From assembly GCA_002269645.1 (NCBI GenBank), contig NIVC01000118.1:124001-188000 (forward strand): a stretch of DNA of 64,000 nt. Reading direction: 5' to 3'. How positions within the stretch are numbered: the stretch's first letter is position 1; the number at the start of each line of letters is the position of its first letter. This stretch comes from Macrostomum lignano. Its lineage: Eukaryota. Under the pieces are notes generated by a model that was not told the DNA's origin, searched no databases, and was given only the letters and a program-made list of their open reading frames with translations. The position numbers and the translations under genes are program-made. Below are positions 33,977 to 46,000 of the stretch, piece after piece.

Positions 33977-36900
33977 TAAGTTGCTATTGGCTAAGAGCAG
34001 TCACATGATTACTAGGGCCTATTCTATCCAATAGCAACTTATGTGTGTAGCAACTTAGGTTTCACTATCCTAACTCAACTATTACAACTTACAACTCAAG
34101 TTTACAAATAAAGAAAATAATTCATTTGAATTTAATGTAATATAATTAATATGGCATGATAAACCTTTGAATGTCACAACTTTTCCCACCCTAGATTTTT
34201 TTAGCCTATCATATAATTTAAATTAATAAAAAAATGTCTATGTCTCTCAACTACTGAACTAAAACTTTAAGCAACTGTGGTCAGCTTAAATAATTTTTTC
34301 TTGCTTTTTTGGTACCAAATTTTAATATTGTTTTAATAGAAATTGGCTTATCTAAAGAATAACAATATATACGTTTAAGACACTTATTTTTTAGCATATA
34401 AAAACCTATGGGCTCAAATTTTGGCATAGGCCTACCTTTGGCCTTGGCGTACACATAGAAGTTAGGGAAAAAAATTGGTATGCACTCACCCGATCCTTCC
34501 TGACTATGGCATGTGCACTGCCCTGGGCCTGAACCGCTACACATTATAACATTTTTGTCAATGCAGTATTTGCTTGCAGAGACAACTATTTATTGTAAGA
34601 GTAATGTAATAAATAACTTTGACTATTATTTTAAATATTATTATTATTTTTCATATTCTCGTTTTCATTATTAAATAATTTTATTGTTATTTTATTAACG
34701 TTATTATTAATATCACTTATTTTTCATCAAATTTTATATTTTAAAGTAAAAAACTAAATTTAATAAGACTTGAATGTTAACAAAAAACACATTTTGAAAT
34801 GTCTTCAGTTATAGTCCAATTTTTTTAATGTGTAGCACTGCGGGCGATGCAGTGTGTGTTTTAGAGAGACTAGAAAAAAAAGAGTTTTTTATTTAGCAAA
34901 CATCTAGTGTTTGTGACAACTTTTAATTTTATAAAACTTAAAAGTTGGCCCTAAAGTAATTTATAAAACTAAAGAAGGAATTTGTTCTTAGGAAACTGAT
35001 CTTTTTAAATGGATTTGCACAGGCCTAAATAAATTTTGCTCCTTACTTATAACAGCCCCAAAGGGGGGCACTAAATTACTAGTTAATTTACACTTTTGAT
35101 CATATATTATACGCCCAAAAATTCAGGCATGCATTGGCCTTGTATGCCAAAAGTAGGCGTGCACAGTTAGTGTGCATCACTCCTAAGTAAATAGTATGCA
35201 TGCATGCACACACCACACCTTATTCAAATTTATTTTGAATTAAATAATTAAATGCTACAGATGCATTAATAAAAATACTCAGGATGCACCAACTCAGCCT
35301 TGGAAACACTGCGCATTACATGAATAATGAATGCAGTATATATGCGTGAACGCAAAGAGTATTATTGTTGGTATTATTTGAAACTTTTGCAGTCCTAATG
35401 TACATATAGTTTGCCTAAGCAACACTCCACTCATATTTCTTGAATTTCTAGACTCAGTTTGTCCAAGGAATTCTTGCCCTTTTTGACACAGTAGTACATG
35501 TACACTGTGATAGTGCGACCGAATCTACACGATGTACTGCATATCAGCAATTTCAGTTCCAACTTGCACAAATAAATTAAGAACTCAGTGAGTCTGTATT
35601 GGTTCCTGATTCCTTAGCTGTGCTGGTATTCACAGCATGGCCACTGAACTTGAAGAGAGACATCCGACTGATTGTCATAAGGAATAGGCATATGTGTATC
35701 GCTGCAGGACCATCTGTGTGAATGCATATATAATTGTACATACATGTAGTACATTTGAGTGCATTCGAAGAATTCATGCACTTACTGCACAGGGAATGTC
35801 ACTTTTGCTGGGTGCATGATAACGTTCATCATTTTGAGCATTTTTGCTGTTCCATCTGTTAAAGGGTTATATTTTCTTCACTGAAATCCCACCGCTTAGC
35901 TACCAAAACTGTCGGAGGGGTCGTGGGGGAGGGGAGTTTATCCTTTCTTGACACTAAACTGTTGTAGGGTTTCCCGGGGATTTTCGGGAGTTTCTCAGGA
36001 TTTGGGACGAACTGCGCAATTTATACTACTAACAGGAGTAAGCCGTAGGTTGCTCCTGGTGGCGTGGTGTGTCCGAGCGGCAAGACACAATTTCCTATTC
36101 TCAGTCCGGGGAATAAAGATGGGAGAGGGGAATTAAGGGCTTCGCGATGGATCAGAGTTGCCTGGGAAAGCACACTAATGGGGAATTTCTAAACACTAAT
36201 AGAGAATGCTAGCATAGGTAGACTGTCCGTCTAATACAGCATCAGATAAGAAGGCAATCTGCCTAATGAATGTGGGAAATTTCTACGAGGAAGGGTCGGG
36301 AGCGGGGATGCTGGAGGAGGATCAGACTGTAAGTCCGAGGGAATAAGGCTGTACACCTGTGCAGACAGAATGTCCACAAAGAGGGGAGAGGATTGAGGGG
36401 CGGGGCGTATATTCTCTGGGAAAGAGGAGGAAAGGGGAGCGGCTTGGGGTGGGACTGCACGTCCTGGGGAGAGTGGGGAAAGGAGGCCTGTACGCTTCTG
36501 GCTGTACGAAGCTTCGTGGGAGAGGGAAGGCGGAGCGCCTTTAAATGACTAAGACCAATTCAGATCTATTTTTGGAACAATTACAACCGCTGGGGCCAAG
36601 ACCGGAGTCTAAAATTGGCAGGCGGAGGAAACCAACGAGCGCAAGTTCTCCTTCGTTTATTTTTCTTTCTCTTTTTTATAGTATTACAGGTAAAAATGGC
36701 GTACGTATTAAAACTAATTAAAGATACAGAATTAGGCTAAAAGCTACTATTGATGCTACTTTGCTACTTAACAATACTAAAAACATATATTTATTAGGCA
36801 CAGAATTCTTCAATCGAATATAAAAAATAGTCGTATTTATAAGGCAATGTATAAGTATAGTAGGCAAGGAATAATGGCTCTTACACATCGGAATTTCTGA

Positions 36901-38243
36901 GCTGATACTATACATGTTTAAGTTTCTGTATAAAGAGGGCCGGCTACACATCCTCTCTGCATTTTTGCCTCCGTCGATCCATGCTTTTCTCTCCAGCTTC
37001 TCTTTCCAAGCTTTCTATACTTTTTCCATCCTATCTCGTCCACAGGCGCGGCGAAGGGGTGGTCTGCCTACCCAATAATTTTGTTGAGGGGGGGGGGGGC
37101 ATTGCCTTCCCAATATTTCGATCACATCAGTATGATGGAGGCACGTCCTGGGGGCCCCCACTGAATTTTCGCACCCTCCCTTCCTCCCCTGTGATTTCTG
37201 TGTGGAGGACTCATGCTCATGCTTATCGCCCGCCCCACTCCCCCGTGCACCAACCCCTGCCTATAGCTCCTTTCTGTTGTTCGAAATCAATCATGAGTGA
37301 CAGCTTTACGACCCTCTATCTCCCCAAGCTTTTCCCCCCTGTTATGCAATCCTTCACTACTAATCATTTCTCTCCGTTGTGCCCAACCCAAATTTCTTGT
37401 CCAATTACAGCTCGGCTGGCGGTTTACGTCATTAGGGTGGCTTGGCAACGGAGGTCCAAGGACAGGTCACAGTTTTCAATATCACGCATCACGATCCTTC
37501 TAGCAGAAATTTTTAAAACCTTTAGATCCGCTCGGATTGTATGAACGATCATTGTTTCTTTCGAGTCATTTCAACTATTAAAGTAGTCATGCAGCAGTCA
37601 TCTGCGCATACAACAAGTTTGATCAGTTTACTCGACTATATTTATGTACTGTAGCTATAACGTTCAATATAATATGACTGTTAGCTTCACTCATGTATTT
37701 TTAGGCATTTTTACAAAATGGTTTCCACAATAAACGCAAGTTATTCTACGTAAAATGCTAATACAGGCCGTTATATTGCAAAGGCAATTATCATAGTATG
37801 AATGTAAAAGTACACTGGCGTAAAAAATTGCGACCTTAAAGGTTTATCATACGATCATACGTGTATTCTTATGCGCAATACAAGTTGAATTCTACAAATA
37901 AATTCTGTAAAAAGCATATTCAGTTAAACAAAACAACCCAATTAAAACGCTTGTTTTTCACAAGCACTCAAACATAGAGTCGTAATGTACACTGTTCTGT
38001 TACTAGCTGTACATGAGCCAGTAAGTCAGGTTAGTCTCTGCCATTCTATCTGCAGTGAAATCTGCGAACGCATCGCGTAACTACACGCAACTTAATTCTA
38101 TAAAATGCACGAAACAAGCTGAAGCAAAGTAAAACTATCACGGAAGGTGACTGCCAGCTAGTAGGACTTTTAACGATCTAGTAAATGAAAGTAAAAAGTA
38201 AAATCGATAAGCTGATGATGCAACATAACTAGTCTTGTAGATT

Positions 38244-41200
38244 TTAACAGTTGAGTGGCCTTGAGATATCGCTGAACACAGTCGCTGGTTTGTAGTTGTG
38301 AGGCATTAGTAGGCACAGGTGAAAGCTGCGATACTTGACGCGGTCACTGATGCTTGCCTGTCCCGCGGTGTCGCTGATCATCCGCATTGCGGCGTTGGCT
38401 CGGCCGTGGCTTTGATCCGGCCGCACCACCAAGCCGAAGGTCGGCCGTGGTACTCCAACAAGCAGCTGCAGTTTTCGCCGATTGCTAGCCGTCTGGGCGG
38501 TCTCAGCCGATGACTGCGCTATCGCTAGAGTCGACGGCGAGTTGACGGTGGCACCGCAAGTGGCCGCGTCCGAGGCGGCCCCAGAGCCGCAACCAGGCGG
38601 CAAGACTTCGATGCTGCACTGGCAGCACTTTTCAATCTTTCTTAAGCAGTTGGTCTTCATCAGCGATCTGCTCTTCTCCGTCACCGGGGCGCGCGCTTCA
38701 AAAGAAAGTACGCGCAAATCTTTGACGTACTGATAAAACTTTTTATAGTCGTTAAGCGGCACGCAAATAGTCAAGTTAAGCGGGCAGGTCATTGCGCCCT
38801 CGGGGTAGGCATCACGATTGAGCACGCGATGGATTTGAGTTAACTCTAGGATCAGGCAACCTTGAGGATGAGCGCGCAGCAGGTCAGAGTACTGTCTCGA
38901 GCGGATATACAGGAGACGCACACGCAGCAGGTTAAGCATTGGCACAGGACCACAATTAGCCAACCGATTGATCAGGCGTTGAAGATCTGAACGCAGTCGC
39001 GCAGACAGCACGCTGGAATCCTGCGCCAGCTGGTAGAGATACAACCTAGCGAGCACCGAATCCACCAGGCTTAGCGTCGGCTCCCGGTACTCGGCCGCCG
39101 TCTGGGTTTCTACAAGGTACGCGGTTCGCTCTTCTGATGGTACCATCAGCTTGGCAACTTCAATTAGATCCCAAGTGGTCTCCGACTCGCTGTATAAACG
39201 CTTCACACCGTTGCTCTCGGTTCGAAGTTTCTGCGCGCTATCGAACTTCTCTTTAATGGCCGTCACCCGGCGCTCCAAGCTACGATTCGCGCAGCCGCTA
39301 CAGGCCCGACGCCACCACTCGAACAGAGCGTTAAATGCCGTCTTGAACTCCTGGTTGTCAACCCGTTCATTGGGTCGAAAGCTAGATAGTAGACCTTCGA
39401 GGCGCTCCATGAATTGAATTGAAAAAGCCTCTTCCGGTTCGATCAACGAGTTGACAGTAGACTCAATGGCCGCTTCCTGGTTGTTTTCAGCAACTTCGGT
39501 TGTATGCCGGGGATTGAAGCGTTCATCGAAGCGTTCGGTGCCTTCATTGTCCGAGACAGGCTCCATGGCAGCCTGTGGTTCCAATGAAAAGTCTGGCTCC
39601 AAAAAGGAAGCGGGTGGTGGTGGCAACCGTGAAGGCGTGTCACCTCGAACGACGTCTCTGACGCATTCCTCATCGTCGCTATCCAACCCATCGGTAGCTG
39701 GCGTCGGGCTGGCTGGTCTCGGAATGTTATCGCCGCTGTTACTATTGCCGCATCCAGCGGACCCTACGCTGCCGGCCAGGCAGGTAAAACAGGCCAGCAT
39801 GTCGTCGAACAGGGTGACAACCGTCTTGCGTAGTGAGCCATCACCGCCTCCGTCGCTAGGGCTACATGCTACGAAGCCCATGACTGTTGTTGCCAGGCTC
39901 TGCATCCGATCGAGCACCAGTTGACGCCGACGTTCAACTGTCCGGGCGTAGCGACCGATCGCAGCGGTGAGGACCGCAGCTCGTCGAGCCGCATATTTAG
40001 AAACATTAATGAGGCGTCCCGAGCTACTTCCTCCGGCCGAAGAAGAACTGAGATCCCGGTCCACTTGCTCGGCGAATGTCATCAGCAGACTGGACAGTTC
40101 GGCGTCGTCAACTTCGGCGAGGGTGGCGTCCGTGTCCAGGAACAGGCGCATCTGCAGGTGGATCGAGCGCAAGTCGGCGAGACCCTGGCGCAGCAGCAGC
40201 TCCGAGTCGCTTGTCGACTGTGGATAAAGGAAACTTTTCGTTAATGATGCTTTTCTTTCCCATGTTTGTAATTAAAACAAGTCTACATGCAAAAATTGCA
40301 TGATTTTATGATTCAAGAGTGCAACATTCTTCTATATTAGCTGGTAAAAGCTTTGTGCTTAAAATAAAAGACACTCACAGACTGATTCCCAGCCAGCAGG
40401 TTAAACATTTCGAGCATCTCCGGCTGGCTGAATGGAAACGCCGTTAGAAATTGCAGCCGAAAAACTCTGTCGCCGAATTCGTAAACAAACGGATGCAACG
40501 ATTCAGTGATTGCTGCAGCATCTATGCATTGATTAGCCGGCTTCGCACAATTGCTTTGTCTCCGGGTTTGTTCTTCTGCTTTGGCTACTTGATCCAGCAT
40601 TGAACCAATTAGACAGCAGAGCTTATTTTCTTCGTCAAAGTCTTCTTCTGAGGCTGGGTGTGTCGATGTCGCTGGTGGCAGCGGTTTCTGCTGTTGCTGT
40701 TGCTGTTGTTGTTGTTTTTTAACTTGGCGTCGTTTCGTTGAGATTTGATCGTCGAGACAGCTGCTGTCACCATCGGCACTACTGAGTCGATCCTGTTCGT
40801 TGATAAGTTTATAGTTTATTTATTCAGTTTGATGGCAGCTTTGGGCACTACCAAGGCGACAATCAACTCCCACACAGAAAGAATCCTAAATGCACAGTCA
40901 CACCAACATACACAGGGAGTATAGCGGTCCTAACTTTCTAATTGTCGGGAATGCTCTGGAAGTTAAACCTACAAAGTATGAACCGTACGACAAGTCCCAG
41001 GACAATTTCTGTGCTCTTACAGTGTATTTCCCTGAGAATGGTGGTCTCATGGTGGTCGGGATTTGAGGATCAAGCTGAAGGACAGCTCTTCTCTCCTCTC
41101 GGGTTGTTATAAAAATGATCAGGGAAGGAGGCTTGGCAGATTTGTTCATGTACGTCAACTCTCGGCCCAATGCTGAGATTAACATGTCTGCCTCTCGCAC

Positions 41201-41846
41201 CGCAGTACCTACAGAGAAGGTTCTGTGCGCGGCCAAATTATCTTTGGTCTTGTCGTACGATTAACCCCTAAAGAGCCCTGAAGTGTTGTTGTTTACAAGT
41301 CTAGATAACTGCTTTACCTCGATGGCTCAAAAGTTGCCCAAAAAGCCTCTCTATCAGTAAACCTGCTCACTCAATGCTTGTGCAGCCTGACAAACTCACC
41401 ATTGACGACCGACGATGCTCTGATCTTCGACGTCGCGTCCGCTTCACCGTAGAACCCGCAGCGTCAGAGAGCCCCAGATACTTGGCGAAGTCATCGTCGG
41501 ACTGTTTGGCGGCCGAGACTGCAGACGGCTTCTGCGAATGCTTTGGCGGCTTTTGCGTCATCGGTTGCGGCAGTCGGCTGGGCAGCCGCGCAGACCTCGC
41601 TTCGCACAGGATCGTTCTGGCATCGGATACAAGCTCTTGCAGAGCGCGCAGGCCGGAAGACTTCGATCTACGATTGCTGCCGTCGGTGTACAACGTCCTC
41701 GCGTCGGATTCCTTCACCACCTGTGACTCGCTGGACTCTGTGTCGTGATCGAAATGATTGGTCGAGAAACTTCTCTCTTTGCGGCGGCTGCGCAACTTTG
41801 AAGATTGATTTGAACTTGACAACGGTCCTGTTCGTGCATCGGCCAT
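38244..41846 (-). CDS. Uncharacterised ~944-aa protein; exons 41846-41400, 40792-40379, 40217-38244
   Basis: ATG at 41846; phase-0 donors atg|gtgagt and tct|gtgagt; acceptors gaacag|gat and ccacag|tcg; a 1974-nt open last exon ending in TAA. No family recognised. Confidence 0.8.
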
Positions 41847-43029
41847 CGCGAGGCAAGCCGATTTGTCTTGTAGCCTTACTTTAACTGTTTTAATGGATCT
41901 TGTTTGATAACTAGTGTTTTCTTAAAAGGCTATAAATTATCATGATCTGCTGTTTTTGTGATAAATCTGCGAGAGCGTACCTGTCCACTCCGTAAATGCT
42001 GACAATGGTCTATGGCATAGACTATATTTTTGTATATTTTTCTCTACTAGCTTCTTAATACTGGTATATTTAATTCGAATTCAACCTTCTTTTGCGTCTT
42101 AATAACTTCCCAAAATAATTTCGTTTTCCCCACGATCGCTAGTAAACTTGTACAGTTAAACATTCCCCAATGAAAGAAAAGGAGTGGAACAAAGAAAAAA
42201 ATGTCACAAAATTCACTGAAGATGTGTGAAGCTGGTGGTTTCATCGACAAGCCAAGGGAGAATTTCTATTTGTGCAGCAACTCTGATATGCATCATAGTT
42301 TTTGACGTCATTCGAGCATCTAACGTATGAATTTTACGGTTGGAATACAGAGTTTGGTCATCAGACTTCAGACCAAAAAAACAGCTATGATGATTTCCAA
42401 TGCAGTATTATCGTCATCGTCTTACCAATATCATCACAATCTACTATTTTAGCTAATCATATTCCATTATATCATCACGGATGTGACCTGCAAATTCAAA
42501 TTAGCCAAAGAACAGAAACAAGAAACCAACACAGAGTCAATAGTTTAAGAGTTCGCCCCTTAAAGCCTGACTGGAAGCACCTTCTCCATTTTCTGTAAAC
42601 GCTGAATACTGCATTTATTACAGACTTTACCATTACAGTTTATAACAACTTCTAAACATACCAAAAGTGCAATGTCAAAAACGAAAACTTACTCAAGAAA
42701 ATACATTTAAACATTTTTGCATACAAAATGAGCTCGTGCTAAATGAAAGCAACTATTTATAACCGAGCTTAATTTAAAAGAAATAAATAAACCTTGTTTT
42801 GTAGGTAAGAGAACAATGGCAGTATTTAAACAAAAATTGAAATATTTATCGAAAAAAAGTTAACAGAATATCTATGTAGTGCGAAGAAGCCTTTCTCTGC
42901 AACGTACGCGGACAAGCGAGTACGTGCAAACACATGAGCATCTTTACAAAGGACTGCTCCTATGCTAGAATGAGACCCAATGACCTTTCAGGTTCAGAAG
43001 AGGATCAGAAGAGGGGACTGGCTGGGTGC

Positions 43030-46000
43030 TCAGGACATGCTCTCTCTTGATGTCTCCTCAACAACGCTGAGACGTCGAGTAGAAGGTGATTTTGGCGATG
43101 TCGCTTCGAACGCGTCTTCCGTTTTCGCAACATCCGGTACGACAGCTGCTGCTACAGCATCCGTGTTGCTTTTATTCTTCGGGCCCGCCCCTTTCGCGTC
43201 CTTGCCCTTCTTTTTCTTCTTACCCTTTGTCTTCTCCTTTAGCATATAGCCCTTATTACGGGTGTAATAATCGGGAAATATGCGGAACATGTCGCAGCGA
43301 TTGTCGTTAACGTAGATTTCTGTACAGTTCTTCTTGTACAGGTCGCTGGCTATCTCTCGGGTGGTCAGCTCCTCAGCGACTGCGGGTTTCGTGTGTATGA
43401 GTATGAGTTACTAAAACAGGTATGTATGAGTATGAGTTACTAAAACAGGTATGTATGAGTATGAGTTACTAAAACAGGTATGGATGAGTATGAGTTACTA
43501 AAACAGGTATGTATGAGTATGAGTTACTAAAACAGGTATGTATGAGTATGAGTTACTAAAACAGGTATGTATGAGTATGAGTTACTAAAACAGGTATGTA
43601 TGAGTATGAGTTACTAAAACAGGTATGTATGAGTATGAGTTACTAAAACAGGTATGTATGAGTATGAGTTACTAAAACAGGTATGTATGAGTATGAGTTA
43701 CTAAAACAGGTATGTATGAGTATGAGTTACTAAAACAGGTGTGTACCAGGTATGAGTTACCAAAACAGGTGTGTACGAGTTAATCAAACAGGTGTGTACG
43801 AGTTAATCAAACAGGTGTGTACGAGTTAATCAAACAGGTGTGTTCGAGTTACCAAAACAGGTGTGTTCGAGTTACCAAAACAGGTGTGCACGAGTTACCC
43901 AAACAGGTGTGCACGAGTTACCAAAACAGGTGTGTTCGTGTTACCCAAACAGGTGTGCACGAGTTACCCAAACAGGTGTGCACGAGTTACCAAAACAGGT
44001 GTGTTCGAGTTACCCAAACAGGTGTGCACGAGTTACCCAAACAGGTGTGTTCGAGTTACCAAAACAGGTGTGCACGAGTTACCAAAACAGGTGTGCACGA
44101 GTTACCAAAACAGGTGTGTTCGAGTTACCCAAACAGGTATGTTCGAGTTACCAAAACAGGTGTGCACGAGTTACCCAAACAGGTGTGTTCGAGTTACCCA
44201 AACAGGTGTGTTCGAGTTACCAAAACAGGTGTGCACGAGTTACCCAAACAGGTGTGTTCGAGTTACCCAAACAGGTGTGTACGATTTATCCAAACAGGTG
44301 TGTTTGAGTACAAAAACAAGTGTGTAAGAGTGACAGACGCCAAAATTGGTCATTGATCAAAGCGCCGAAAAGCATGACTCACGATTCGGCACGCCCATAA
44401 TCTTGGCTTTGCCGGCTCGTTTGTCGTAATTGAAGCAGCCGATGGTGAATAAGAAGTCAGCTCGACGATCCAGACCGATCCGAGCGAACACCGGGTCAAT
44501 GATGTCTCTCACAGTGGCCCAAGGCCTCGCGTACACCGCGATGCAGAAGGACCAGATGTCTTGGAATGCGAACACGTACTTGTCATTGGGCTGCAGAGAA
44601 TGCGGGAGACAGTTGTTGATAAATTTGATTTTTTCTTGGTTCAACTGGTACTTTCTGAATGCGGTTCAGGCCTATGGACTTGCTAGGGTAGGATTTGTTC
44701 TGTAGATATGATACTTGTCAATAGACTTTACTAAATATGAGTAGCTAAGCATTTCTATGCATTCAAATCTATAAATCCCACTCAAACTGAGCAAATTTCA
44801 ACCGAATCTATAGATCAACTCCAAACCGAATCTGTAGATCAACACCCAACCGAATCTATAGATCAACCCCAAACCAAATCTATAGATCAAATCCCAACCG
44901 AATCTATACATCAAATCCCAACCGAATCTATGCATCAAATCCCAACTAAATCTATACATCAAATCCCAACCGAATCTATACATCACCTCCCAACCGAATC
45001 TATACATCAACTCCCAACCGAATCTATACATCAACTCCCAACCGAATCTATACATCAAATCCCAACCGAATCTATACATCAACTCCCAACCGAATCTATA
45101 CATTAACTCCCAACCGAATCTATAGATCAACCCTCAACCGAATCTATAGATCAACCCTCAACCGAATCTGTAGATCAACACCAAACCGAATCTATACATC
45201 AACTCCCAACCGAATCTATACATCAACTCCCAACCGAATCTATACATCAACTCCCAACCGAATCTATACATCAACTCCCAACCGAATCTATACATCAACT
45301 TCCAACCGAATCTATAGATCAACCCTCAACCGAATCTATAGATCAACCCTCAACCGAATCTGTAGATCAACACCAAACCGAATCTATACATCAACTCCCA
45401 ACCGAATCTATAGATCAAATCCCAACCGAATCTATACATCAAATCCCAACCGAAACTATAGATCAAATCCCAACCGAATCTATAGATCAAATCCCAACCG
45501 AAACTATCGATCAAATCCCAACCGAATCTATAGATCAAATCCCAACCGAATCTATAGATCAACCCCAACCAAATCTATAGATCAAATCCAAACAGACCTT
45601 CGGTACCGGTCCGGCGCCCTTTTTCCCAGTGAGTTTTTTCTGTTTCTTCCGATAAGCTAGATAATCGTTCCAGCGTTTCTCGGAATTCTCCTTCCTGAAC
45701 CGGACGGTGAAACGGATAAAGTCGGGATAGTGGGGCTCGGACTCTTCGCCCTTCTTTTCCTTCTTCTTGACGGCGTTATTACGATAGTCTTCAATTAGCT
45801 TCTTCATTTTCACTTGGTCGTTATAAGAGAAGCCATAGTCGACATTGCGCCAGCGATCGATAATTTTCTGAGTTGGGTGCTCGTGCGCTTTGATTAACAG
45901 AAAGTTGGTGTCCACTGTGCCTTTGTCCAGCTCGTTGAACTTCATGTTGAGCAGGGCGCGAAGGCGCCTGGCGTAAGCGAACGTTTTCTCGTAGTCGTCG

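Noticed and set aside
35770-35880. TDGTAKM resembling a hAT transposase catalytic motif
   Set aside because: The frame is short and stop-bounded with no other supporting motifs.
36981-37544. 187-aa ORF
   Set aside because: No domain, no plausible splice partners, and composition unlike the true exons.
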